Assembly: GCA_030167865.1 (NCBI GenBank)
Contig: JALAGF010000903.1
Span: 1-46,934, forward strand
Reading direction: 5' to 3'
Length of the DNA: 46,934 nt
Origin: Craspedostauros australis
Lineage: Eukaryota
Shown: piece by piece, positions 20,131-31,582 of the stretch
Numbering within the stretch: position 1 is the stretch's first letter
Layout of the letters: each line of letters begins with the position of its first letter
Made by a program: the position numbers and the translations under genes
Notes under the pieces: generated by a model
Seen by the model: only the letters and a program-made list of their open reading frames with translations
Told to the model about the DNA's origin: nothing
The model's database searches: none

Positions 20131-23100
20131 CTACAGAACTAAAGGCGGTTCAAGGCGGTTGGCTGCGGCGGTTATGGATTGCGAGTCGCCTCCGCCTTGG
20201 AACTCCAATTCGATCAGGGCGTCTCCCTTTGCCAAACGTCCGGTTGGGCCGCCCGACAGCAAGAATGCCTGGAATATCTTGGCTTGAACCGATCTGTGAA
20301 ACGAGTACGTATGATGATATTGGGCGAATATCACAGTGTGGATAGTACAACACAGCCACCCGGCCAGGATGGGTACCATAAAAAGTGATGTCATAGGTGA
20401 GCAAGCAGTTGAAACGCAAGCAAAAGTGTGGGTATGGCGGGTGAACAAAAATGTGTCAATAAGACGATGACATGTGTACGGATGGTGGAGCAGTGGTGCA
20501 GTAGTAGCGGAATGGTATCCACACAGTCTCCTTCGATTCGCCGGTCAAGTCGTCTCTGAGAGTCACACAGCACCCCACCGAGAGCAAGAACAGCACGTGT
20601 ACTTACAAAATGGGGCCGTCATCGCCCCCCTTGCTTTGTTTTGCGTCTGCCACGATCCGAAACACGCTGGTGGATTCCACAACGACCTGGACTGTCGGCT
20701 CGCGTTTTCCCTGAATATTCCTCGTGCTCGTAATTAGCATGTCGAGCTTCTCGGTAGGAGTTTTGGAGGGCCGCCCTCGTTTACCCTCGTTCTTTGGACC
20801 GCGGATGCTCTTTGCGACCTTGCCAGATGCCTCCTTGATGGACTTCATTCCTGCATTCGTCGCGCCCTTCATGGCCTTCATCCCACTGGCGGTGGCCCCT
20901 TTCATCGCTTTGATGCCACCGCCTGCGGCATCCTTGAGCATCTTGACACCGGCCTCGCCTGCGCTCTTCAGCTGTGAGCGTCTGGATTTGCCGGAGTTGG
21001 ATTCCGACGGCTGAGAGTTCGGCCCTGCTACCACTTCTGGGATGGGGACGTTCATGCCTGTGGAGTCGATGGTTCGCAGCAGAACTTCTCGCCACTTGAT
21101 GAAGTCGCCTCGGCTGTTGAAACGAAGCTGGCGTTCGTGGTCGCGCTTCTTGGTTTGGATTTGCAAGATCTTGTCGTCGAGACTCTTCATGGTGGCCCCG
21201 CCCAAGACCATCTGCCCCCGCAGTCCGTGCGGTCTGGGAGTCGCTTTCTCGTACAGCGACAGGACTCCCTCCGAAATGACGAAGAAACGTTCTCTCCACT
21301 TCTTGGTCTTCCTGGTCTTCGTTGTTAGCCATCCTGTCACGTCATTGGTCCGTGGCTCGTACTCTGAGAAATCGTCGCCGGCAAAGGAAACATCGATCCG
21401 TACGATGGGGTCATCGGACATTTCCTTCACGCACACAACGCCCTGATTTGCGCACATGTTGCGAAGACAGGCCAGAGCATCCTTCCGATTTTTGTACCGA
21501 AGGATCGACGTGAGCAATGTGCGAGAGTACGACATGGCTTGAACCTCCGTCATGACATCCTTCATGTCAAACCGACTTATGGACGCGGCACGCTTGAAGG
21601 ACGGCAAGTCTTCTTCAAGCGGATCGCATCGATCGTACTCCAAAATGCAACGTGTCAGCGCCCCGATGACGCGTTCCGCTGAATACGAGCTCCTTGCCTC
21701 AACCAAGTGCCCATTGATCGCGACTGAGGCGTTGCTCAAATTCTTCCAAAACTCAGATATCGAGGTCTGCACACGTTGCTTGGATTTGGGAGGCATCGGT
21801 GCGCTGTCGTCGTTCTGATAATCACCGTTTTGCAACGATATCATCTCTCTGACCCATTGCAAAGGTACACGGAGCGATGCTGCGGCACGTTGCTGGTACA
21901 CGACCGACTGCGCCGCGACGCGATACTCCACTGCAGAATCCACGCCCTGGAAGGACGAGCGGTAAGAATGGTATGCATCGAGCGCGCTCTCGTGCGTGTT
22001 CAGGTCCAGGGGTTCTTGCATTTCATCCTCCAGATCACCGACCATTGCTTGGTTTATTGCCCGGATCCATCCCTGCCGCTCTTCTTCGGACTTCGCCAGC
22101 CAGCGGGTCTTTTGACCTTCGGAGATGATGTCGAAGCAGAACCCGCCGCTGCTCCCGTAAGCGCTGTCACCCGAGATCTTGCACTTGCAGGTGTACCTGC
22201 GAAGGTGGATCATCTTCCTGCCTTTCTCTTCTCCGCGGTCCGTATCTTCGTAGTACACGAGGTTGCCCTTGCGAATTTCCACGTACTTGACGAAGTAGAG
22301 CTTCGCGAATTTCTTCTTCAACGGTCCCTTCTTGACGATGTTTGTTTCGTCGTTGATGTCTGCCTCGACGCCGATATGATCGCGTTCTGCCAACAGCTGC
22401 AGCACACCCTTGACCATCATGTGGTGTTCCCATGCGAATACGGAGAAATCCTGGGCCTTAATGTTCTTTACCAAGTCCTGATCGAGGTAGTCATAAAGAT
22501 CGGGCGTGATGTTGAGGAAAGAATTTGGAAGTCGGGACACGCTGGTTGTAATGTCCTGCTTGCTCGCGAAGGCTTCGACCACGGCATCCTCATCGCCCCA
22601 AACGTCCATGGAATTCGAGGCCAGACCGTGCGACGATGACCCTCCTCCCGCAGCGTTGTTAAGAGGTGCATCCGAGTGGTCTGATTCCGAATCTGACGAT
22701 GACTCCCCGAAGTCGGAACCTTCGTCATTTTTCATGTCGAGCTCGGAGCTGTTCAGATCTGGAACTTGGATGCTCATGGCGGCGCCACGTTTCCGACTAG
22801 AGCGTTTGTGAGAGCTGCCACCGCCCAGCGCAAGTGCTTTCATCCGTTGCAGCGGTGTTCCGAGGGGAGATTTCCCCATCTCGGCGGATCCCATCTTGCG
22901 CCGTCGACCTTTCGCGCTGCTTGATTTGACCCCATCCCCGCGAGGAGACTTCGGTTGTTGCGAGCTGACGACCTTGTTCTTTCGTCGGTGGGGAGAAACC
23001 CCTGGCAACATCATGCTGAGGACTCCACGATGTTGCGAGGAACTTGGTGATGCCGGTTGCATTTCGGCCGATTCGGTCTGATGATCCAACCCACCAGGCA

Positions 23101-23656
23101 CCTTCAGACTTGCTTTGGATGATGACCTTGCTTTGCTGCTTGTGGGCGTCGTGGTCCCATCGCCCTGTGCCAGCCCATCCGTGTTCTTTTGCGTGAGCTT
23201 GGAGGCATCGATTGCTCCTGGTCGCTTGAACTCTTCCGACATGATGTCATCGATGTCATCATCTTCTATAATTTCCACATCGTCTTCGATGCCATCATCA
23301 TCATAATCGTCATCGATCTGCACCTCAATCCCCTCAGCCTCGTTGTCAGCTCTCTCTTCGTCGTCATGATCGTCGTCGTCTTCTTCATCATCGGTGAGAA
23401 TCTCGCAGTCCGCCGCGGAATCCGGGTCGTCCACATCAAATGCATCACTCTCCGATGTCACCACCCCGGGTCCAACACGGGATGTCACCCCCTCTCGGAA
23501 GATGGCTTGTTCGTTGCTTTTCTGCATTGAGAGCGTGCACTCCGTACCGTCGGTTCCCTTGGTGAACACCAGTTTGGTTCTATCGTTGCTGCTGGAGGTT
23601 GTGCTGCTGCTGGCCATTCGGTCGTCCACAGCCACGTCCTTGGATGCTTCTGACAT
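20131..23656 (-). CDS. Double pleckstrin-homology (PH) domain protein; 2 exons (23656-20607, 20293-20131), ~1070 aa
   Basis: PH1 'IVKKGPLKKK...YVEIRKGNLVYYE...SEEERQGWIRAINQA' and PH2 'VTGWLTTK...KKWRERFFVISEGVLSLYE...FIKWREVL'. ORF 20603 ends at a TT|GTAAGT donor; the acceptor TTTCACAG| joins in frame (GPI-L-SVQAKIFQAFLLSGG). Confidence 0.82.
20294..20606 (-). other. Spliceosomal intron (313 nt) of PH-domain gene
   Basis: GTAAGT donor, TTTCACAG acceptor, phase-2 in-frame join. Confidence 0.8.
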
Positions 23657-23999
23657 GACGGCTGTTCCTCCCAGCTTGGTTCGCGCACTTGTGCAAGAAT
23701 GCGAAATAGATTGTGGTCTTCCAAAATCCAGGATTGACGAAAGAAAGGAGAAGCCAAGGTCTTCGTCTCTCCAAGCACTGCGGCACCTTCTCCTGTTGCG
23801 GGGGCTTGCAGCAAGCGAACTTGGCGATTGAAAAACCAAAAAAAAAACTCGACTATCGGATGACGCCTGATGCAACCACCACCTCCTTTGTAGTGAACCC
23901 TGCCGTCGTTATGATCTCTGGTTCACCCTTGAGCTGCCTGGGTGGAGGCTGCTGCCTGGGTGGGTGAGGTTCCTTTTCCGTGATCTTTTGTCGGGGCCT

Positions 24000-24002
<3 letters not shown>

Positions 24003-24033
<31 letters not shown>
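24003..24033. repeat. (TC)n / (GA)n dinucleotide microsatellite
   Basis: About 15 perfect TC units, ~350 nt upstream of the PH gene ATG. Confidence 0.95.
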
Positions 24034-24038
<5 letters not shown>

Positions 24039-24753
24039 TGATGGTGGGTACGAACCGCGTCATGGGCATCACCACGGCTGGTCACGCGTGTATCGACACT
24101 CGTGCGGAGATCGTATAAAAACGGTGTCTCATCCTCCCACACCAAACTCCACAAACACAGATCCGGAGAAGGCCATCGTTCCGCACACAAACACCGTTGT
24201 TGGCGTGCCAGTTTTTGGGTTCACAGCAGAAGTCATTCGGGTGCCAAGTCGTGGATAGTTTGGCCTCTTCGATTCCATCGATCGCTCTTGTGACATCAAC
24301 TTCAGTCGATGGAGTCGGTGGCGTTTTGATTTGCTTCCCGCCATTTTTTGAATGGTCAAGACATGATCTGCGCAAAAAAACTACACGTAAAGTTGTTCGT
24401 ACCGAAGCCTTTCCCATGGTGGTGCCGACAGTGCGACTTTTTTGAAATGCCTGGCAGGGGGTTGTGTTTGAACCATAGTCGATGCGAATCAAAGTGACAC
24501 AAAGAACAATTGTGACGGAGCTGGCGACGCATGCTCACATTATGAACGACAAAGGCCTCTGTGGCATTTCAATTCTTTTCGAATGTATTCGCAGCCATCA
24601 TCATGCCGTTGCTGTGGCAACATTCTGTGATGGTGTTCTGTGGCGACATCTGCACAGATCAACAGATAATTTCATCAACTTCTTTGGATGATTCACACGC
24701 CGTCACCTGACTATCTCATTCGGCGGCAGCAACACAACGTGACACAACGCATC

Positions 24754-24826
24754 GTAACGTAACGCAACGCAACGCAACGCAACGCAACGCTCCGCAATGC
24801 AACGCAACGCTCCGCAATGCAACGCT
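24754..24826. repeat. (GCAAC)n pentanucleotide satellite with higher-order 20-bp unit
   Basis: gtaac gtaac (gcaac)5 gctcc gcaat gcaac gcaac gctcc gcaat gcaac. Confidence 0.9.
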
Positions 24827-24924
24827 GCAGGTCTCTCAGTATCGCTCGGTATTTATTCAGAAAACTCCAGATCCCATCACGTGGCATTTGAACGCATTTT
24901 CGGCGTGACAGAATTGCGAGAAAG

Positions 24925-27246
24925 ATGGAATCTGCAACGAAACGACGCAGCAGTCGCAGCCGCAGCGCACGGAGGGCATGCCATGAGGATCGACCAACGG
25001 AAGTCAGAACCGATGAACGCCGCATGAGCAAAAGAAGAAGCAAAAGCAGACAGAAGCGGAGCCGCAGAACAAGCGAACGCAGGCAACCCAAAGGCAGCAG
25101 CAACAGCGACACTATCAGCGTGAGCAACAGCATCGTCGATAACGGGGTCGATGACGAAGTCGACCACAAAAGAAGAAGTCGAAGCAGAAGTCGGAGCACA
25201 CGTAGGAGAACGCGCACGAAAAACCATCGTGCCAAGCCTGGTCAAAATGGAACGGGCGTAGACATCTGGTTCGGAGGCCTCTCATATCTGGATTCCATGT
25301 TCCGAGATAATTACGCATCGAGCGATGAAGCCGATGAAGCCGATGAAGCCGATGAACACGACGAAATTGATGAATATGATGAACAGGACGAGCATGGTGA
25401 ACAAGATCACCACATTGAACAGGATAATTACGGCAGCGAGAATCGAAGGATAGGCCACGATCGTACCAACGATGAAGCTATTGGCAGCGGCGGATACTGT
25501 CTATCGCCAGTGGATGATTCGCATCTCCACGATGCCATCCTTGCTGGATTTTGCCGACCGATGAACATTCACAACAAATCACCCTCCGCCAGCAGCGAAT
25601 CCAATAGCTTTGCAGATGCCATTGACGACCGTGACGGCGACGACGACGACATTGCTGCTGATACCAATCGCGAAAAAGAAGACAAAGAAAATGCTTTACC
25701 TCACCTCAGTTTCGAATCGTATTCGACAACACAAACGGCCAAGGTTACCAATTGCAGCTCAGCCAAGCGTACGCTGCGATCGTCGTTGGCGAGAATGCCT
25801 TTAGACGAGGACGGCGCTTTCGACGGCGGTAATGATGCCGGCAGCAATGATCAACATGGCATGCGTTCCGCGTACCACGCTGTCGCCGTACTAGGACAAA
25901 AGCCATCAACAATCAATCAAAACATCTTCAACGTTCCAGAATCCCACAGCCAGAACACCACGCGCAGATACGCTGAGTCATCGCTGTCTCTGCCTCATTC
26001 ATCGTCGACACGTCCGCGACTGGCTCATCAGAACAAGGCTATTGCACCAAAGGGGGGCTGTGGACATTCATCTCTGGCACACCAGCCCCCCTTCGTTGCA
26101 AGCGATGGTCGAGATGCGAACGATCCACGTCAGGAACTTGTGGAAGGAAGAGAAATCGCCGCAATACAATCGACAAGTGGCATACACCATCACCCACAAG
26201 AGAAGCATCAGCATCAGCATCAGCATCGTCAAGGACGAAACTCCAGCGTTGAGCGCACTGGTCTCGTCCAAGCAGACATGAAAAATGGAAATCGCCCTCA
26301 GGCGTTGTCGCTGCAGGCCGACATCGATGATGCTCTCCTGGATGACTTCATTGAAGAGTTCTTGACCGACGAAGTTGTGGCCTCATCTCAGCTATATCGC
26401 CAACAATCCTCTCCACCAGTGCAACAGCTTGTCTGGAGGATTACTCCACCCTGCACCCTCAGCGAAAGCGATGCGGACCAGATGGCTCACGAAATGTGTT
26501 CCGCTCGAGATGCTCAGAGCGCTGCTGTCGCAACATCCACGGCTGAAATGAACCGCAATTCCAACGAAAGCAAGCCTCCAGTGCAACCACCGGGGCACAA
26601 AGCTGGGCATGGTGGGACCACTTCGATGGGTCAAGACATCCTAGCGTCATTCCTCACATGTGCTGCCCCGAAATCCTCAATCGCGCAACTTGCGATATGG
26701 CCAAAAGCAACAGGGTACTCGCCGCCTGCGCCTTCTCTGGTGCCTCCGCTGTCCCGAAACGCGGCAGGCAGACTACTGAAAGCAAAGCACGGATTAGAAA
26801 CGCCAATCGTTCCTGTCTATGAAGAAGTTGCGCGTCCCGAGGATCTGAGTGGAACCAAGAAAGACAAGCAGGTCGAGCTGTTGATCAACAAATTGAAGAT
26901 CACATTTCAGCACGTCGAGCATGACGACGCCTCCAGCATCGCTCTCTCCGATACAGACAAATCGTTGACTTTGAACTCTTCGTTGATCTCGACCCAAGAT
27001 GCGTGGATGAACCAGGAAGTCACATGGGAGGATCACTCCAGGATGAAGACAGAGCGGCTGCGGAACAAAATCCGCAGATACAAATCTATCGTCATATCTG
27101 GCATCGCCACTCGTCCTTCCAGCCACTTGGTAGATCTTGCCGTCAAACGGCCGTTCAAGGAACACGGAATGATGCGCCCATTACGAGATGCGACACAGGG
27201 AAATAGCGTACGAGGCTTCCGCTTTGGAGCTAATAGCACAAAGTAG
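24925..27246 (+). CDS. Hypothetical low-complexity protein (Arg/Ser-rich basic N-terminus, acidic DE repeats)
   Basis: 773-aa ATG ORF with no recognisable domain; the last ~130 aa look more ordered. Confidence 0.6.
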   Translation: MESATKRRSSRSRSARRACHEDRPTEVRTDERRMSKRRSKSRQKRSRRTSERRQPKGSSNSDTISVSNSIVDNGVDDEVDHKRRSRSRSRSTRRRTRTKNHRAKPGQNGTGVDIWFGGLSYLDSMFRDNYASSDEADEADEADEHDEIDEYDEQDEHGEQDHHIEQDNYGSENRRIGHDRTNDEAIGSGGYCLSPVDDSHLHDAILAGFCRPMNIHNKSPSASSESNSFADAIDDRDGDDDDIAADTNREKEDKENALPHLSFESYSTTQTAKVTNCSSAKRTLRSSLARMPLDEDGAFDGGNDAGSNDQHGMRSAYHAVAVLGQKPSTINQNIFNVPESHSQNTTRRYAESSLSLPHSSSTRPRLAHQNKAIAPKGGCGHSSLAHQPPFVASDGRDANDPRQELVEGREIAAIQSTSGIHHHPQEKHQHQHQHRQGRNSSVERTGLVQADMKNGNRPQALSLQADIDDALLDDFIEEFLTDEVVASSQLYRQQSSPPVQQLVWRITPPCTLSESDADQMAHEMCSARDAQSAAVATSTAEMNRNSNESKPPVQPPGHKAGHGGTTSMGQDILASFLTCAAPKSSIAQLAIWPKATGYSPPAPSLVPPLSRNAAGRLLKAKHGLETPIVPVYEEVARPEDLSGTKKDKQVELLINKLKITFQHVEHDDASSIALSDTDKSLTLNSSLISTQDAWMNQEVTWEDHSRMKTERLRNKIRRYKSIVISGIATRPSSHLVDLAVKRPFKEHGMMRPLRDATQGNSVRGFRFGANSTK

Positions 27247-27884
27247 ACGCACTTTGCAATCCCCAATCATCCTTCATTTTGAAATGCACACGTACGACCC
27301 TTGACACAAAGGGGCGCATTAATGGAATCCCTGCGTTGCATCACGCCAGGGCTCCTCTTCGCGTTCTGGAGTCAGATGAGGTTCCGCAAAGGTCAAAATG
27401 TGAGGTCGCGATGGCAGTTACTTGATTGTCTGCGCGTGTCTCGCTTAACAGATCAGCGTTCAAACATGTATCACGTTCGCTCAATACGAATGCGTGTGTT
27501 GAATGGTGAACAAGAGGAACCACCCACCCATCCATGCATGTACTAGGATGAGCAGAGAGCCGATTGTTGCAATCTACGCACACTGCTCGAGCTTGTGGTG
27601 CAACCAACAGCAACCCCTGACTCTACTCTGCCCAACGATACTCTATTCCGTTCCACCTCTACTACAAGCCCAACACAGCTACTGGGAAATTCGAAGACCA
27701 GAGAGACGCGGGACCGCCATCTTTCCACAAGGGAATGTTCTCAAACGCTTGATATGCCATAACTGCACTCGTACGTAACTACGTCGGTAAGCGCTACTCT
27801 CTTCATCTTCGTATGTTGCTCAACTGGATGCAAGCACCCCGCCGATATCTCGCTCTGCTACCCTACCGTATTCCATAGTTCCGC

Positions 27885-29357
27885 TCAATGAGCGGCTCCA
27901 GCCTTCTTCACTCGCAACTTGACGTTGAGGTACTTCCATGTCAAGAAGAAGTCGATGTCGCCCTCCTCCACGAGTTCGAATTCGTACTTTGAGAGTATGG
28001 TCGGCAACACAGAATAAAGCTCTGCGATTGCCAAAGACTGTGCGATGCAGTTGCGGTTTCCAAGCGCGAACATTGTGACAGTTTGCATCATCTCTTTTGA
28101 CGCATTGGTCCAACGATCAGGCTTGAACTCGTCCACATCTTCTCCAAACACGGAAGTATCCCGATGGGCGAGGACTTGCGGCAAGCACACCATTGCACCG
28201 CTTGGGATCTTCACCTCGCGGTTGGATTCGTCAACGAAGACGAAATCACGCTTGGGCTGGCGGATGGACACCGCCGCAGCTACTGGCATCAGGCGATTGG
28301 ACTCGGCGACCACGCGCTTCATGTGCTCGTCTGCAGCATTGGGTGATTGATTCGTGTCTGCCGTCAACGACTTTTGCAAGGCTTTCATTTTGTCGGGGTG
28401 CTTCGCAAGAAGTCTGAGCGTGTTGGAGATGGTGTAGCCAGTTGTGTCGTAGCCGCCGGTCATGTAGACAAACATCTCGGATTCCTTTTCCTTGTCAGTG
28501 AGGTTGCCTGAGTTGTTCTCGATAAGCTTGATGAGGGTGTTGTTTTTGGACTTGTTGGGGTTGTTGCGGTATGCCACAAGCACCTTGTGGGCAAAGTCAG
28601 CGAGGCCTTTTGCCGCTTTATGTGCGTTTTGTACTTCGGGGATCATGAAGCCAAATGCCTTGCGCAACGGATTGACAGCCTGGCCGTGGGTGAACTCACG
28701 GAAGCCCGCGGTGGCGTTGGCCGAGAATGCGTGGTACTCTTCATCAGTGGAGATGTACTCGAAGCTTGCCTCCATGACGGAATGGAAGATGAGCTTGGGG
28801 CACTCGATGGATGGATCGAACGTCTTGTCAGTGCCAGCCAAGGACTCCAACACTTCATCTGCGAACTTGTTGGCGTACTTGGCACAGATAACGTTGATGC
28901 GGTTGATCTCGCGAGATGCGAAAGCTGGTGCTGTACCCTTGCGAACATGTCTCCATTGCTCATCGAAAGTGGAACGACTGAACATGGAAGGGCCTCCAGT
29001 AACACCTTCGAAGGGCTTGTACATGAAGGTGGCCTTGTCGGTTGCCTTGTCGAGTTGGATTTCGCGTTGGTGCTTGGTCTTTCCAACGACATAGAGCCCG
29101 CCAGGCAAGGGGACATTGAGCTGGAAGATGGACGTGCCCATGGTTCGTTGCAGATCGAGCAAGAACCAAGGAGCATCCTTCCCGATGAAGGACTGGACGG
29201 TTTGGATCACCCCGATAGTGGACTTCGCGGGAGCATCTTTGGCAGGTGTCTTGCGCACGAAGTAGAGGAGCACGAGAGTAAATGTCGCGGCACCAATAGT
29301 CGCGAGAGCTGGCGTGTCCAGAAGGGCGGTGAGAAGTTTATTTGAGTTGTTGAACAT
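27885..29357 (-). CDS. Cytochrome P450 (membrane-anchored)
   Basis: N-terminal TM 'ALATIGAATFTLVLLYFVR', C-helix 'WRHVRK', I-helix 'GGYDTT', K-helix 'ESNR', 'FKPDRW', heme motif 'FALGNRNCIAQ'. Probable start MFNNSNK at 29357 (490 aa); an in-frame ATG also exists at 29525. Confidence 0.93.
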   Translation of the reverse strand: MFNNSNKLLTALLDTPALATIGAATFTLVLLYFVRKTPAKDAPAKSTIGVIQTVQSFIGKDAPWFLLDLQRTMGTSIFQLNVPLPGGLYVVGKTKHQREIQLDKATDKATFMYKPFEGVTGGPSMFSRSTFDEQWRHVRKGTAPAFASREINRINVICAKYANKFADEVLESLAGTDKTFDPSIECPKLIFHSVMEASFEYISTDEEYHAFSANATAGFREFTHGQAVNPLRKAFGFMIPEVQNAHKAAKGLADFAHKVLVAYRNNPNKSKNNTLIKLIENNSGNLTDKEKESEMFVYMTGGYDTTGYTISNTLRLLAKHPDKMKALQKSLTADTNQSPNAADEHMKRVVAESNRLMPVAAAVSIRQPKRDFVFVDESNREVKIPSGAMVCLPQVLAHRDTSVFGEDVDEFKPDRWTNASKEMMQTVTMFALGNRNCIAQSLAIAELYSVLPTILSKYEFELVEEGDIDFFLTWKYLNVKLRVKKAGAAH

Positions 29358-31582
29358 CTTGGCGGGAAGAGTTGTTGTTGTCGTTGCTACCACGACTTTT
29401 GAATACTCTACCTGTGTTTGAGGCTTTGTGCTGGTGGAGGATTTGCAAATTGTGAGAGGTAGACAAGGACTGGCGTACCATTTCTCCCCTTCTTGGTTGA
29501 TCGTGAGAGGAGAAAATGAAGACATCTTCAGAGCACTGTTGTGCGCACGAAGGCCAAGATACTTCTTCGCGCTTGTCGGCCCGGCCGTACACTACCTACA
29601 AGTTTTTCGTGACTCTAAACATCCCTCTTTTGGTTGCTGTCGTTGAATGGACAAGGCACGCACTTATATCTACTTGTTAGAAGTCTGTTCTTGGCCCACT
29701 CTAGCAGATACATTCAGTCTCTCCAGTTGTCTGCATCTGTTCTGCATTAATCGTGCATGCATTCAGATTTATCGACCACCTTGCCAAAGTTCACGTTTGT
29801 TGATGGGCACTCCCAGCGATACTCCCAAGTAACCCCAGCAGCACCTTGTCCTTGTTGTTTTTATAGCGATTTCCCTGTCTGCTTCATCACTGCTGGTCCA
29901 ACCAAGGTATCCTTGAATCGTCATTTTTGGTCTTGCGGTGGGCTTGTCTCTCTTCGTACGAGGAGATAGGCATCGCTTCCCCGGAGTCCCTGCGCATCAT
30001 CAGCATCGGCTTCAGCTCGCGTCCACCTCGCTCTTTGTATTGGTGGTGACCGTTGCCGCAACGTTCGTAGCACATCAGAAGAACTGCACTAATACCATCG
30101 GAATTTGCCGGACGGGTACACTTGGGGTTCCGCGGTTAGTCAAACTTCTCGACCCGATCCTCCTCTATCGCGACAAATCTTCATCCACGTCCGCGGATTA
30201 ATCCAGCGGAGGGAGTACCTGATCGTGAGATGGCATGAGGATGCACATGGAATGGCAGTGAAACGCGGAATGTTGGTGTACCGGTGCGCTCTGCTCCCAC
30301 AAGACTTCGTGGGACATCCTTATTGCAGGAGTTATGCTGCAATCGGAGCCTTTTTGCCAGGCATGGGATGGAGCACAGGAGGACAAACGAAAGAAAAACT
30401 GGAATCATGAGGCAGTGGATCCGGATGTTCTCTTCGAACTTGCATGGGATACATGTTGAAGCAACGAGGGAATTCGCTCACCGGGTCTGGGAGGTCAAAG
30501 TTCACTAACCAGGCCGTTTTGGTGCCTTACGCATTGATTGGATGACTGACATGACCGGCGTATCACAAAGACAACATCGAAAATATTGTCTTCGCCACGA
30601 AGTAAACTCATCGTTGAATTTCAATAAGGGACGGGCTACATTGAAGGTCACAGTTGAAGTTCACTTAAGAACACACTACTGTCCACCGTAGTGTGTCCTA
30701 TGTCGTTCCTTGAAGAATGAATTCCGATGCTTGCAAGCTGGTAGGTGCTGCAAAGGAGAGACCTCAAGACACACAGAAGACGATCCTATCTAGCGTTAGT
30801 GGTTGTTGTTGTTGCTGCTGCTGTTTCGAGCTGTGGTCCTCGAAATTGTGTGTTCTCTCCTGCTCTGACAGGATTCTGTTGCTGACACATGCTCACGTAC
30901 GAAACTGCTACACCGTTGGCGCGTAGGAGTCATTGCACAAGACCAGATGACCGCAACAGCCGACTGACAGACGGCTTGACCCGTAGTAGTATGATCTCAA
31001 TACTCGTTCTCTGGTGTCGGTCGTTCGCTCGTTCGCTTTCTCTCTCTCTTTCTCTCTAGTCTCCATCAGTGATGCTATGGGATGCACGGGATTTGGCGCC
31101 AGAACCGTTTCCAAATCGATTCATGCGACTGTACTACACAAGTGACTCGTGAAGGATTCCGAATGTCCTTTTTGGCTTGTGGTGACTGATGCCGCCCATC
31201 CGGCCACACGCTGCACCACTCACAACGCGCAGATACATCAGTATCTGTGGAGCAACGATCACCACATTGTTCGCCTCTCACTCCCCTGCCTCCGTCTTCT
31301 GTAACGCCATTTGCCGCAAGCTCTGGCCCACCATCAACGTGACGAGGATTGCCTACTGCTACATCCACATATTTCTCGACCAATCATACAATCATAGAAT
31401 ACATAAGTGTAAGACATCCGCGCCTCACAGGTAGACTCGAATAATAATATTAGTACGATTGCCGCCAACGCGACGACTGCATATCGCAGTTCCCATACTC
31501 ATACCATACGTACGACAGCTCGTAGAATACGATAACACATTATACTCTGTGGAGAGAGAGAGTGCTGAGCGATACCAACACG

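Noticed and set aside
21776-22639. 287-aa plus-strand ORF
   Set aside because: Antisense shadow of the PH-domain gene; non-ATG start and no motifs.
28492-29345. 200- and 252-aa plus-strand ORFs
   Set aside because: Antisense shadows of the codon-biased P450.
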